Below are positions 29,442-39,599 of a stretch of 64,000 nucleotides of DNA, piece by piece; position 1 is the first letter of the stretch, and every line of letters starts with the position of its first letter. The stretch spans positions 2,304,001 to 2,368,000 of the forward strand of contig OZ252149.1 in NCBI GenBank assembly GCA_965248755.1. The letters run 5' to 3'. Under the pieces are notes generated by a model. It saw only the letters and a list, made by a program, of their open reading frames with translations, was not told the DNA's origin and made no database searches. The position numbers were made by a program, and so were the translations under genes. Source of the DNA: Candidatus Latescibacterota bacterium. GTDB lineage: Bacteria; Latescibacterota; CBDEFO01.

Positions 29442-30119
29442 GTGATAGTACTGGCTATTGAAACGGCGACGCCCATTTGCAGTGTGGCTCTTCTGGATGA
29501 GTCGAGGTTGATCGCAGAGCGTACATTGGACTCAGGGACGACTCACGCGGAGAGGTTGGCTTTGATGATAGAGTCTGTTTTGAAGGATGGAGATATATCT
29601 GCAGGCGACCTGAATGGGATAGCTATCTCCATAGGACCAGGGTCTTTTACAGGTTTGAGGATAGGTCTGAGCGTGGCTAAGGGGCTATGTTTTGGGTGCG
29701 GATGTCCACTTGTGGCTGTTTCGACCCTGGACGCCTTAGCGTGGAGGGTCCCTTTCTCGAGCTACCACGTGTGCCCGACTCTGGATGCGAGGAAGAAGGA
29801 GGTCTATGCCTGTCTTTACGAAGTGTCCAATGTGAGTCTGCGGAGGTTGTGGGAGCCTATTGTCGTTTCCCCTGACAATATGTTGAAGCGTATTGAGCGG
29901 CCCACGGTATTTTTGGGAAACGGAGCAAAGGTTTACAGGGATGAGATCGTATCGGCGTTGGGCAAAGATGCCCATTTTGCTCCGAAGGAGCTTTTCACGC
30001 CCTCTGCGGGCGCGGTGGCAAGATTGGGTCTTGAAAAGCTTGAAGCAGAAGAGGTAACTGATCTTTACAGCGTTCAGCCTGTTTATCTGAGGAAATCGGA
30101 GACCCAATTGGGTATCTAA
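29442..30119 (+). CDS. tsaB: tRNA threonylcarbamoyladenosine biosynthesis protein
   Basis: LAIETAT, GPGSFTGLRIG, DARKKEVY and PVYLR. Confidence 0.95.
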   Translation: MIVLAIETATPICSVALLDESRLIAERTLDSGTTHAERLALMIESVLKDGDISAGDLNGIAISIGPGSFTGLRIGLSVAKGLCFGCGCPLVAVSTLDALAWRVPFSSYHVCPTLDARKKEVYACLYEVSNVSLRRLWEPIVVSPDNMLKRIERPTVFLGNGAKVYRDEIVSALGKDAHFAPKELFTPSAGAVARLGLEKLEAEEVTDLYSVQPVYLRKSETQLGI

Positions 30120-30674
30120 GGATTTGTCAAAATAGTCGCGACAAGACTATAGAGATATAAGGTATCGACAGCATTAAGAGAGAGGCGGTCTGAGGGACGG
30201 CAGGAGGGGGGCCTGTCTACTCACTACTTATTTAGGTGCCCACGCTTTAGGATAGAGGTGAAATCTGCATGTCTGATGCCGCCGCCAAATCTGATCGTCA
30301 AGATGAAAGTAAGTTGGGTTTTGAGGTTTTCAAGATTATCCCGATGGGGAAAAAGCATCTAGATGAGATTATGGTTATTGAAATGGATTCCTTCGGAAGT
30401 CCCTGGAGGGAAGACGATTTTAAACTGTTGTTAAAAGATAAGAACGTGTTGGCTGTTGTGGGAACGTTCAACAGGAACATCGCGGCGTACGCTGCGGGCC
30501 TCTTCGTAAACGATGAATTTCACCTGGCAAATTTCGCTGTCGCAAGAGACAAAAGGGGAAAGGGTCTTGGCAGCGCCCTTTTAGAGTGGATCTTAGAAAG
30601 GGTACAAAAAGAGGGATCCAAGATGGTGACTTTAGAGGTGAGGATGTCCAACGATAAAGCTACTTCTCTTTATA

Positions 30675-32486
30675 CCCCCATTCGCCATATTAGACCCGAA
30701 AAATGGTTGTCAAAGTCGCCAGAACATGTTATATTACAATAAATAAGACTCATAAATGGCGGATAAATATTGATCATCCAGAGGGTGAAAGAATGAAAGT
30801 AGGTTTTGATGGAGGAATAAAGCTTGAATTTCATGGTGCAAAGGTGACATCAAACGGTGGACTTCTTGCGTATCGTGACCTTGATTACGCACTGGGATTA
30901 TTTGATTCGGTATCAGCGGTTTTTACCGATAAACGCACAGGCCGTAATATCCAACATGATATATCTACTCTCCTGCGTCAATCGATATACAGCCGTCTTG
31001 CAGGATATGAAGATGTAAATGACGCCGAGCGATTATCCGTTGATCCCGTCATGCGAGCGATTACCGGAAAGAAGGACAAAGGCAGGCAAGCTGCCAGCTC
31101 CAACACGATAGGACGTTTTGAAACTGATATACTGACTCAGCATGACAATCTCAGAAACTTGTCAGATATCAATGGCAAGTGGGTTCAAAAAGCGATGAGT
31201 AAAACACAGCATCAACGAATCATTCTGGACATGGACAGTTCGGAGAGTCCGGTACATGGCCAGCAGGAAGGATCAGCTTACAACGGTCATTTCGGATGTA
31301 CCTGTTTTCATCCAGTGTTCTGCTTCAATCAGTTCGGGGATTGTGAAGGAGTCCTACTTCGCTCTGGTAATGTTCACAGTGCTGATCGTTGGAAGGAAGT
31401 TCTGGAACCGATCGTCAAGAGATACGAGAGCAAGAAGAATAGGAAATACTTTCGAGGCGATGCTGCATTCGCAAAGCCTGAGATTTATGATTATCTGGAG
31501 GGAAACGGCTATTTGTATGCCATTCGGCTTCCCGCAAATGAGATACTCTATGAAAAGATACGATACCTGCTGACTCGGCCAGTTGGACGACCGCCGAGGA
31601 AACCGATTGTATCGTTATATGAATTTCAATATAAAGCGGCCAGTTGGGATCAATCGAGGCGAGTGGTCGCCAAGGTTGAATGGCACCAAGGGGAGTTATT
31701 CCCAAGAGTGGGATTTATCGTGACCAACATGAGCGCCAAGCCAGAAGGCGTGGTACACTTCTACAATGGCCGTGGCAGAGCTGAGCAGTGGATTAAGGAG
31801 GGCAAGTATGCTCTGAACTGGACCCGACTCTCATGCAAGCGTTTCGTCTCCAATCAGGTGAGGCTCTGGCTGTTTGTTCTGGCTTACAACTTGGGCAACT
31901 TCCTGCGACGTTTTGTTCTTCCGAAGAAAATCAAACACTGGTCACTACGCAGCCTCCTCGTGAAATTTATCAAAATCGGAGCGAAGATTGTCAGACACAG
32001 CGGATATATTACGTTTCAAATGGCTGAGGTTGGGATAGACAAGAGGTTATTTGCCGAAATATTATCCCGGATTGAACGATTGCGATGTTATTCTGTTTAA
32101 ACTGCCACATTTTTTTGTGAGTCGATGGAGAGGTGTCTCTAATTGGAGGATTTAAACACAAAGAAAGTGATAATTCAGAGGAAAATACTATTTTAATTGA
32201 AAAAAGTACTTGTTGAAAAATGTAAAAGTGGTAATATTAATTCAGAAACAAGAATGTATCGAAATATAATCCCTCATGAATGTGATATGGGGAATGTCGG
32301 TTCTTATGCCTTAACGTCGTTCCTATCGTCCTGCCGCCGCTACGCGAGCATATCGAGGACCTTCCCTTTTTCCTTGTCGATTACTTTATTGAGAAATACA
32401 ATCAGGAGTTAGGTGGAAGGGTTAAGGGGGTATCGTCAGAGGTGATGCAGGCATTTTTGTCCTACTCCTGGCCGGGTAAATCCGGG
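30675..32486 (+). mobile_element. IS1380-family element (30675-32300) plus 186-bp passenger (32301-32486), flanked by TTATA target duplication
   Basis: IRL CCCCCATTCGCCATATTA matches IRR (reverse complement CCGACATTCCCCATATCA, ending 32300) at 14/18. TTATA occurs at 30670-30674 and 32487-32491. Confidence 0.88.
30703..32100 (+). CDS. IS1380 family DDE transposase (true start may be downstream)
   Basis: VTSNGGLL, AGYEDVNDA, LDMDSS..VHGQQEG, RGDAAF, FYNGRGRAEQWIKEGK and NQVRL..LAYNL. Confidence 0.95.
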   Translation: MVVKVARTCYITINKTHKWRINIDHPEGERMKVGFDGGIKLEFHGAKVTSNGGLLAYRDLDYALGLFDSVSAVFTDKRTGRNIQHDISTLLRQSIYSRLAGYEDVNDAERLSVDPVMRAITGKKDKGRQAASSNTIGRFETDILTQHDNLRNLSDINGKWVQKAMSKTQHQRIILDMDSSESPVHGQQEGSAYNGHFGCTCFHPVFCFNQFGDCEGVLLRSGNVHSADRWKEVLEPIVKRYESKKNRKYFRGDAAFAKPEIYDYLEGNGYLYAIRLPANEILYEKIRYLLTRPVGRPPRKPIVSLYEFQYKAASWDQSRRVVAKVEWHQGELFPRVGFIVTNMSAKPEGVVHFYNGRGRAEQWIKEGKYALNWTRLSCKRFVSNQVRLWLFVLAYNLGNFLRRFVLPKKIKHWSLRSLLVKFIKIGAKIVRHSGYITFQMAEVGIDKRLFAEILSRIERLRCYSV

Positions 32487-32576
32487 TTATAATAAATACG
32501 GCTTCGCGGGAGTTGCAATAAGGGCCAACTATTACAGGAATCCTGTCGAAGACTCTCTGGTGATGGTGAAGTTTAT

Positions 32577-33383
32577 TTGAGTGAAAATCCCTTAGACACT
32601 ACTATAGAAACTTCCGAATTCCTCAGGGGACAGGGCTTTACGGGGGCGAAAATCGGGGTTGTGTTGGGATCAGGATGGAGAGTCTTTGCGGAGTCTTTCA
32701 AGTTCGATCTTTCCATTTCGTACAGCAAGATCCCTCATTTTTGGAACTGCCGTGTCCAGGGCCACGAAGGGATGTTGTACCTGGGTTCAGTTTCGGGTAA
32801 AAGGTGCCTAGTTATGTCGGGGAGGGCGCACCTCTATGAGGGTCTCGACTGGGACGAGGTGACTTTTCCGATCAGAGCAATAGGGACTTTGGGTGTGAAG
32901 ACTCTTGTAGTTACGAACGCTGCAGGTGGGATAAATAAAGCGTTTCGCGTAGGTGATCTTATGCTTATCTCAGATCACGTGGGGACGTTCATGCTGGAAA
33001 GGAGAAGGCTAAGTTTCCTCAGTTCGGGAGGGGAAAGCTACTGCTCGATGAAACTTCGAAAGAGGGCATACCAAGCGGCACAAAGGCACGGGATCTCGCT
33101 AAAGGAAGGTGTCCTTCTGGGCATGTTGGGCCCTTCTTATGAGACACCAGCTGAACTGGAGATGGCAAGACGGATAGGGGTTGACGCTGTGACGATGTCC
33201 ACTATACCTGAGGTTAAAGCGGCAAAAGAACAGAGTATGGACGCCCTGGGCGTCTCTTTCATATCTAATCTGACCTTTGGAAATCGCCCAGACAGTCTGG
33301 ATCATTCCGGAGTTATAGCGGTTTCTGAAAGATTTAAACAGAAGATGTCGGACTTTCTAACGGGGCTAGTAGATTGCGTATAG
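32577..33383 (+). CDS. punA: Purine-nucleoside phosphorylase (trimeric type)
   Basis: VVLGSG, GRAHLYEG, TNAAGG, GPSYETPAE and MSTIPE. Confidence 0.88.
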   Translation: MSENPLDTTIETSEFLRGQGFTGAKIGVVLGSGWRVFAESFKFDLSISYSKIPHFWNCRVQGHEGMLYLGSVSGKRCLVMSGRAHLYEGLDWDEVTFPIRAIGTLGVKTLVVTNAAGGINKAFRVGDLMLISDHVGTFMLERRRLSFLSSGGESYCSMKLRKRAYQAAQRHGISLKEGVLLGMLGPSYETPAELEMARRIGVDAVTMSTIPEVKAAKEQSMDALGVSFISNLTFGNRPDSLDHSGVIAVSERFKQKMSDFLTGLVDCV

Positions 33384-33404
33384 CAGATCAACTAAAGGAG
33401 CAAT

Positions 33405-34262
33405 ATGAACTGGTTCGATAAGATAAAAAAGGGGATTAAGACAAGGATAAAGAGGGGGATACCGGAGGATATATGGATTAAGTGCGACGGGTGTGAAAAT
33501 ACGATCTATAGAAAAGACCTTGAGAAAGGGTTCTGGGTCTGTCCGCAGTGCAATTATCACTTTCAGGCGGGTCACGAGGTCTACGTAGAGCTTTTGATGG
33601 ATGAAGGAAGTTTTGAGGACATTAACTCGGAGGTAGGATCTGCAGACCCTTTGAAGTTCAAAGATAATAAGCGCTACACCGACAGGATCAAGGACGGAAG
33701 AGAAAAAACTGGTCTAAAGGCCGCTGTGAGGACGGGGATAGGAACAATAGAGGGTAATAAGACGGCTTTAGGAGTTTTAGATCAGCGGTTCATAATGGGG
33801 AGTCTGGATTCTGCTATGGGGGAAAAGTTGGCAAGGCTGATAGATAGGGCTAAGGTGGAGAAAATACCGTTGATTATCGTATGTCAATCTGGTGGGGCAA
33901 GGATGCAGGAGAGCACTCTTGCGCTTATGCAGATGGCCAAGGTGTGTGCCAAACTGCATCAGTTGTCTGACGAAGGGATACCCTACATTTCCCTATTGAC
34001 AAATCCGACGACAGGAGGCGTATCGGCAAGCTTCGGAATGCTCGGAGACATCATAATAGCCGAACCCAAGTCCCTTATAGGCTTTGCAGGGCCGAGGGTT
34101 ATCATGCAGTCGCTGAATATAGAGGAACTGCCAGAGGGATTCCAGTTGTCGGAGTCTGTGCTTGAACACGGATTCTTAGATATGATAGTGCACAGAGGCA
34201 AGATGAAGGATACTATCGCTAAGTTAATAGAGTTTTTCGATCAGGATAATAGCGGAACTTGA
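33405..34262 (+). CDS. accD: Acetyl-CoA carboxylase carboxyltransferase beta subunit
   Basis: Zn ribbon WIKC..C...CPQC, SGGARMQE, PTTGGVSASF and IGFAGPRVI. Confidence 0.96.
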   Translation: MNWFDKIKKGIKTRIKRGIPEDIWIKCDGCENTIYRKDLEKGFWVCPQCNYHFQAGHEVYVELLMDEGSFEDINSEVGSADPLKFKDNKRYTDRIKDGREKTGLKAAVRTGIGTIEGNKTALGVLDQRFIMGSLDSAMGEKLARLIDRAKVEKIPLIIVCQSGGARMQESTLALMQMAKVCAKLHQLSDEGIPYISLLTNPTTGGVSASFGMLGDIIIAEPKSLIGFAGPRVIMQSLNIEELPEGFQLSESVLEHGFLDMIVHRGKMKDTIAKLIEFFDQDNSGT

Positions 34263-34340
34263 GCAATAAATCTTGACAATATTAAGCTTTTGTCATTATC
34301 TTGATAATGTTTGAGGACCTAAAAGGTAAATTGAAATAAG

Positions 34341-35420
34341 ATGTCTTTTGATAACGTCATCGGTCAGGACAGAGTAAAAAAGATCTTAAAGAGCGCGCTG
34401 GAGGAGAAAAGGCTTGCGCACGCTCTCCTTTTCTGCGGATCTGAGGGTGTCGGGAAGAGGGCTTTAGCGTTTGAGCTTGCCAAGGCTGTAAATTGTGAGA
34501 CTCTACATTCGGATGCGTGCGACGAGTGTAGATCGTGCAGGAAGGTTGCGTCACTTAATCACCCTGATGTGAAATTCATCCTGCCTTTAACGTCCGATAA
34601 GGATACTGAGCACGAGAGAAAAGCTCTTTTGAGTATGACTCAAGACCCCTACTTTATGGGAGAACAGGGTGGAAACCCCTCTGTGTCGATAGATAGAGTC
34701 AGACAGGTAGAAAGGGACATAAACTACGGTGCGTTTGAGGGAAAAAAGAAGGTGATTGTCATATTAGAGGCGGACAAGATGAAGGCAGAGGCCGCAAGCG
34801 CCCTTCTGAAGACTTTAGAGGAGCCGCGAACGGATGCTCTCTTGATCTTAACCACGTCGAAGCCCGACTCGATGCTGCCTACTGTCCTTTCCAGATGCCA
34901 GAAGTTAAACCTAGAGCTGCTCAGGGATGGAGAAGTTGAAAAAGAGTTGATAGAAAAGATGGGCCTCGACCAGAAACAGGCAAGGTTGGTCTCTTCCATA
35001 GCAGATGGTAGCTTGACAAGGGCAAACCAGTGGGCGTCCGGGAATCTAGATGAGGAACTGAATGCCGCTCTTGACTTTATAAGCACCTCCATTCTCAAAG
35101 ATGAGCTGAAGATTCTGAACATAATAGAAAATTCTGCAGTAAGAGGGGCAAGGGAGAATGTGCAGCGAACCCTAAAGATGATGCTGATCTGGCTAAAGGA
35201 TATCTTTCTCTACAGTCAGGGCTTAAACGATAGAGTGACTAATTTGGGCCGCTTAGAAGATTTAGAAAACCTTTCGAGAGTTCTCCAAATGAACCTTTTA
35301 GAAAGACTCGCTGCCAAGATCGAAGCATCTTTTGAAATGATGTCGCGTAATGTCAATCTACAGCTAATTATGCTGTCGCTCTATAAAGAGATTAGGGACC
35401 TATCGGTAAAGGCCGCATAG
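34341..35420 (+). CDS. holB: DNA polymerase III delta' subunit
   Basis: HALLFCGSEGVGK, C..C Zn motif, HPD, LLKTLEEP and LPTVLSRCQ. Confidence 0.92.
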   Translation: MSFDNVIGQDRVKKILKSALEEKRLAHALLFCGSEGVGKRALAFELAKAVNCETLHSDACDECRSCRKVASLNHPDVKFILPLTSDKDTEHERKALLSMTQDPYFMGEQGGNPSVSIDRVRQVERDINYGAFEGKKKVIVILEADKMKAEAASALLKTLEEPRTDALLILTTSKPDSMLPTVLSRCQKLNLELLRDGEVEKELIEKMGLDQKQARLVSSIADGSLTRANQWASGNLDEELNAALDFISTSILKDELKILNIIENSAVRGARENVQRTLKMMLIWLKDIFLYSQGLNDRVTNLGRLEDLENLSRVLQMNLLERLAAKIEASFEMMSRNVNLQLIMLSLYKEIRDLSVKAA

Positions 35421-35601
35421 TTTTGGATAAAGCGAAAAAACTTGCTTTTGTCTTCTTAGTCATTGCGAGGTGCCAAACCCCCACCCCGAAGGAGACGCGA
35501 AGCGGAACCAATCTTACCTGACTACCGTCTAGTTAATTAGACATTAGATAAACGCTAAGAGATGATCAAAACTGTACTGCTTCCCAGGAAAGCGACACCA
35601 A

Positions 35602-36465
35602 TTAAGCAACCTGGGGTAGTAGATAAAATTGTTTTCTCCACTCTTTTGGGGTCTTATATCCCAGGGATGAATGAAGCCTGTTCTTGTTGTAATTATCGAT
35701 CCACTGAGATATGATCTTCTCAGCCTGTTCAAAGGATTCAAACTTGTGAAGCCAAACACACTCTTGCTTGAGGGTCCTGAAAAAACGCTCTACAACACCG
35801 TTCCAATCGGGTTTACCACTTGGTATGTATTCCTGACGAATTCCCCAATATTCGGTACTGGCCAAATAGGCCCGAGCCAAAAAGATGGAACCATTGTCAG
35901 AGCGCAAAGTGAGACCCTGGGGGACAGCCTCCTTGGAAGTGTATCGAGAGATCACGGCCCGATCCAGGGCATCTGTGGCCTCCAGTGCCCTCCCTTTTCG
36001 ACTAAAACGATACCCAGGAACCTCCCGGCTTCCGTTGTCCACCACCGCAATAAGAGGACACCAACCATCTTTTCCACAGTAAATCTTTGTCAAGTCACTC
36101 GACCACAAACTGTCGGGACTATCCACCACAGAACGCTTCTGGGCAACCTGTGGCCCCTTTCTCCCGGGACGATTCCACAGCTTACACTGCCACCCCTTAA
36201 GCTTCATTATCCTATGAACCTTCTTAACGTTGACACATTCCCCTTCCTTGAAACGAAGATGCGCCCAAACCCGCCTGTGACCAAATGCCTCTTCTTGGTC
36301 CAGTATCCCTCGAATACGAAAAGCAAGCTCCTCATCTATCACAGGCTCTTTAACAGAAGAACTGACACCTCTATCCCTAAACCTATACAGAGTCGAACGA
36401 TGCAAACCCAAAGCCAAAGCTACCACCTTGCGGGAATAGCCTCGACCCAAAAACCGCCCACTCAA
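35602..36465 (-). CDS. IS3 family transposase OrfB (rve/DDE)
   Basis: FGHRRV, WSSDLT, LRSDNGS, NGVVERFFRTLKQE and YN..RLHSSLGY.TP. Confidence 0.93.
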   Translation of the reverse strand: MSGRFLGRGYSRKVVALALGLHRSTLYRFRDRGVSSSVKEPVIDEELAFRIRGILDQEEAFGHRRVWAHLRFKEGECVNVKKVHRIMKLKGWQCKLWNRPGRKGPQVAQKRSVVDSPDSLWSSDLTKIYCGKDGWCPLIAVVDNGSREVPGYRFSRKGRALEATDALDRAVISRYTSKEAVPQGLTLRSDNGSIFLARAYLASTEYWGIRQEYIPSGKPDWNGVVERFFRTLKQECVWLHKFESFEQAEKIISQWIDNYNKNRLHSSLGYKTPKEWRKQFYLLPQVA

Positions 36466-36791
36466 GGCAACCGCTTCGTTTTTTTTAGACGGGCTACCTC
36501 TTCGAGTATCTCCAACTGGAGCGTCAACTGCCCTACCTTGCGCTCCAACCGGCTAACCTCTCGCTCCTTCGGATCCTTGCGACCACGCCGAGACTTCAGA
36601 CTCTCCTGGCCCCCTTCTAAGAAACTATCACGCCAAGCATACGCCTGCGACTGGCTAATTCCATTCTTACGACACACCTCAGATAGATCTGCTCCTCTCA
36701 AAAGAGCCAACACAATCTCTCCCTTACGGGTCGCCGTCCAGCGCTTACCATCTTTCACTTCGGGGCTCGACACCTTGACCTCCCTTCTCAA
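36462..36791 (-). CDS. IS3 family transposase OrfA (HTH)
   Basis: HTH plus coiled coil LERKVGQL. An A8 run near the 3' end with orfB in the -1 frame is consistent with programmed frameshifting. Confidence 0.85.
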   Translation of the reverse strand: MRREVKVSSPEVKDGKRWTATRKGEIVLALLRGADLSEVCRKNGISQSQAYAWRDSFLEGGQESLKSRRGRKDPKEREVSRLERKVGQLTLQLEILEEVARLKKTKRLP

Positions 36792-36915
36792 ACCCCAATT
36801 TGCGAAATATTTGTCGCTCTGTCAAGGGGAGCGGTATGAAACATTTGATGTAAAGAAGGAGGATACGCAAGGGGGACTGACAGTTTGAAACCGTCAGTCC
36901 CTTTGCATAAGTTTT

Positions 36916-38802
36916 ATGAAAGATAAGTTCTACATAACAGCAGCTATAGACTATACTAACAGCACGCCTCACGTAGGCACGGCTTACGAGAAAATATGCG
37001 CAGATGTGATAGCCCGGTTTAAAAGGCTATTTGGATCTGACGTCTATTTTTTGATGGGACTCGATGAGCACAGTATAAATGTGAAAAAGGAAGCGCTCAA
37101 TGAGGGGCTGGAACCGCAGGCGTACTGCGACCGGATGGCTGGGATCTTCGAGAGGATATGGAAAAGGCTGAATATTTCGTACGACGATTTTATAAGGACC
37201 ACCCAAAAGAGGCATAAAGTAGTAGTCCAGAGGCTATTTCAGCAGATGTACGACAACGGGGATATATATATAGGGGAATATGAAGGGTGGTACTGTGAGT
37301 CGTGCGAGGCGTTCTACACGGATAAGGATCTGGTGGACGGCAAGTGTGCAAATCACAGCACAAAGCCGACCTGGATTCAAGAGAGTAACTATTTTTTCGC
37401 TCTTTCTAAGTATGCAGACAGGATCAAAAGGCATATCCAGGAGAATCCTAATTTCATAGTTCCCGAGACAAGAAAAAACGAGATATTGGGCTTGATAGAA
37501 GGAGGGCTTGAGGACATAAGCGTCTCAAGGTCGTCCCAAGATTGGGGGATCCCGTTTCCCATAGATGAGTCACACGTAGTGTACGTCTGGCCCGAAGCGC
37601 TGATAAATTATATCTCGGCTTTAGGCTACAGGGGAGAAGAAGACGATCTTTTCAAAAAGTACTGGCCTGCAGATGTCCATATTATCGGGAAGGATATAAC
37701 GAGATTCCACTGTGTAATATGGCCCGCTATGTTGATGTCCGCAGGCCTGGAACTCCCAAAGAGCATCTTCGGACACGGTTTTGTTAATTTCGAAGGGGAA
37801 AAGTTGAGCAAGAGCTTGGGGAGAGTGATAGATCCTTTAGAAATGGCGGACCAATTCGGAGCAGATGCTTTGAGGTACTTCCTGATAAGAGAGATCTCGT
37901 TCGGTCAGGACGGAGATTTTTCATCCGATCGTTTTGTGGACAGGTACAATTTCGACCTGGCTAACGATCTGGGCAATCTGGTGAGCAGAACGTTGGCAAT
38001 GGTGGAAAGGTATCTGGACGGTATAGTTCCAGAGGCCGGGAAGCGTTGGGATAGCAGCCTTATGGAGAAGGCAAAGGCTGTGGTGGATGGCGCGGAGAAA
38101 GATTTAAGGTGGCTCAGATTGAATTCTATGCTCGACCGGATATGGGAGTTAGTTAGAGAGGCGAACAGGTTCATCGAGATTAAGGCGCCCTTCAGGCTAG
38201 CCAGGGATGCCGGTAAAAAGGCGGAACTAAAAGCCGTCCTGTACGACCTTTTAGAGTCGATAAGATACATAGCTGTGCTACTGCATCCCGTCATGCCAGA
38301 GCGCTGTGCGATGATATGGCATCAACTTGGGATGGACGAGGATATTTCGGATGTGAAGATAGATAGCCTGAGAATATGGGGAGGAATAAGGTCGGGCGTC
38401 AAGGTGAAGAAAGGTGAGGCGATATTCCCAAGGATAGACAAGGAGAAAGAGATGCCAGATGTCAAGGAAGAGGAGGGTGGAACAATAGATATTTCCGAGT
38501 TTGGGAGAGTGGATTTGAAGGTGGCAAAGATCGAGTCAGCGGAGAAAGTCGAGGGGGCGGATAAGCTCCTAAAGCTCAAAATTGAGCTGGGAGGACAAGA
38601 GAGACAGTTAGTCGCAGGGATTGCCGCGTATTACTCTCCCGATGAATTGGTCGGAAAGAATATCGTTGTAGTTGCGAACTTAAAGCCCGCAAGAATCAGA
38701 GGAGTAACGTCCGAAGGAATGCTCCTGGCGGCTCAGAGCGAAGGTGAGCTTAAGCTGGTGACTGTGGATGGGGAGATCGCGCCAGGGGCTAAGGTGTCCT
38801 AG
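36916..38802 (+). CDS. metG: Methionine--tRNA ligase with C-terminal tRNA-binding domain
   Basis: PHVGTAY (HIGH-like), GKDI..FH, KLSKSLG (KMSKS-like) and a Trbp111-like C-terminus. Confidence 0.97.
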   Translation: MKDKFYITAAIDYTNSTPHVGTAYEKICADVIARFKRLFGSDVYFLMGLDEHSINVKKEALNEGLEPQAYCDRMAGIFERIWKRLNISYDDFIRTTQKRHKVVVQRLFQQMYDNGDIYIGEYEGWYCESCEAFYTDKDLVDGKCANHSTKPTWIQESNYFFALSKYADRIKRHIQENPNFIVPETRKNEILGLIEGGLEDISVSRSSQDWGIPFPIDESHVVYVWPEALINYISALGYRGEEDDLFKKYWPADVHIIGKDITRFHCVIWPAMLMSAGLELPKSIFGHGFVNFEGEKLSKSLGRVIDPLEMADQFGADALRYFLIREISFGQDGDFSSDRFVDRYNFDLANDLGNLVSRTLAMVERYLDGIVPEAGKRWDSSLMEKAKAVVDGAEKDLRWLRLNSMLDRIWELVREANRFIEIKAPFRLARDAGKKAELKAVLYDLLESIRYIAVLLHPVMPERCAMIWHQLGMDEDISDVKIDSLRIWGGIRSGVKVKKGEAIFPRIDKEKEMPDVKEEEGGTIDISEFGRVDLKVAKIESAEKVEGADKLLKLKIELGGQERQLVAGIAAYYSPDELVGKNIVVVANLKPARIRGVTSEGMLLAAQSEGELKLVTVDGEIAPGAKVS

Positions 38803-38822
38803 GAACCTACGGGGAACATTTA

Positions 38823-39599
38823 TTGTTGATCGATACTCATGCCCATTTAGACTATCCCCAATTTGACCAGGACAGGGACGAGGTTATAAGGCGGGCCTTC
38901 GATGCGAAAGTGGGCATAATACTATCCATCGGAACGGATATTGAGTCGAGTAAAAAGACGATAGAGATATCTGAAAGTTATGAGAATGTGTATGCCACTG
39001 CGGGAGTGCATCCTCATAATGCGCAGTACGCAAAGGAGAACTTTATAGAGAGCTTAAGAGAGATAGCAAGCCTCAATAAGGTTGTGGCTTTAGGAGAGAT
39101 AGGACTAGATTTTTATAGAGAATACTCGTCAAGAGACATGCAAATAGATATGTTCAGGAAACAGATCCATCTTGCCATGGATCTGGGACTCCCCATAATC
39201 GTCCACAACAGGAACGCTGATTTAGAGGTTATAACGATATTAAAGGAGGAAGGTGCATCCGAGGTAGGAGGAGTCCTTCACTGTTTTTCGGGGAGTCTGG
39301 ACATGGCATTAAGGGGCGTGGAGATGGATTTCTACGCCTCGTTCGGGGGGGCGATCACTTACAGGAAGTCGAAGGCTTTGAAAGTAGCGACGGGAATGCC
39401 CTTTGACAGGGTCCTCTTTGAGACGGACTGCCCCTATCAGTCACCATCGCGAATCAGAGGAGAAAGAAATGAGCCCTCGTCCGTCCTCTATGTAGCAGAG
39501 AAACTCTCCCGCAAGATGGACTTGAGCTTTGAGGAGGTGGCAAGGAAAACGACAGATAACGCGTTAAGACTCTTCGGACTGGAGGATGACGGAGCATGA
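38823..39599 (+). CDS. TatD family hydrolase
   Basis: DTHAHL, GVHPH, GEIGLD, HCFSG and ETDCPY. Confidence 0.95.
   Translation: MLIDTHAHLDYPQFDQDRDEVIRRAFDAKVGIILSIGTDIESSKKTIEISESYENVYATAGVHPHNAQYAKENFIESLREIASLNKVVALGEIGLDFYREYSSRDMQIDMFRKQIHLAMDLGLPIIVHNRNADLEVITILKEEGASEVGGVLHCFSGSLDMALRGVEMDFYASFGGAITYRKSKALKVATGMPFDRVLFETDCPYQSPSRIRGERNEPSSVLYVAEKLSRKMDLSFEEVARKTTDNALRLFGLEDDGA

Larger units (their letters stand above)
30269..32580 (+). pseudogene. rimI: Ribosomal protein S18 alanine N-acetyltransferase, split by an IS1380 transposition unit (parts 30269-30674 and 32492-32580)
   Basis: The N-part ends TLEVRMSNDKATSLY. After the insertion the frame resumes NKYGFAGVAIRANYYRNPVEDSLVMVKFI*. 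It follows tsaB. Confidence 0.9.
35573..36838 (-). mobile_element. IS3-family insertion sequence (1266 bp) with AAAC target duplication
   Basis: Imperfect IRs TGTACTGCTTCCCAGGAAAGCGACA and TGTCGCTCTGTCAAGGGGAGCGGTATG. AAAC at 35569-35572 and 36839-36842. orfA/orfB organisation. Confidence 0.88.

Noticed and set aside
30675..30742. C-terminus of track ORF 30269-30742 as genuine RimI sequence
   Set aside because: Residues after ATSLY are read-through into the IS1380 left end. The real C-terminus is at 32492-32580.
35671..36888. 405-aa + strand ORF
   Set aside because: Antisense shadow of the IS3 orfA/orfB with no recognisable motifs.
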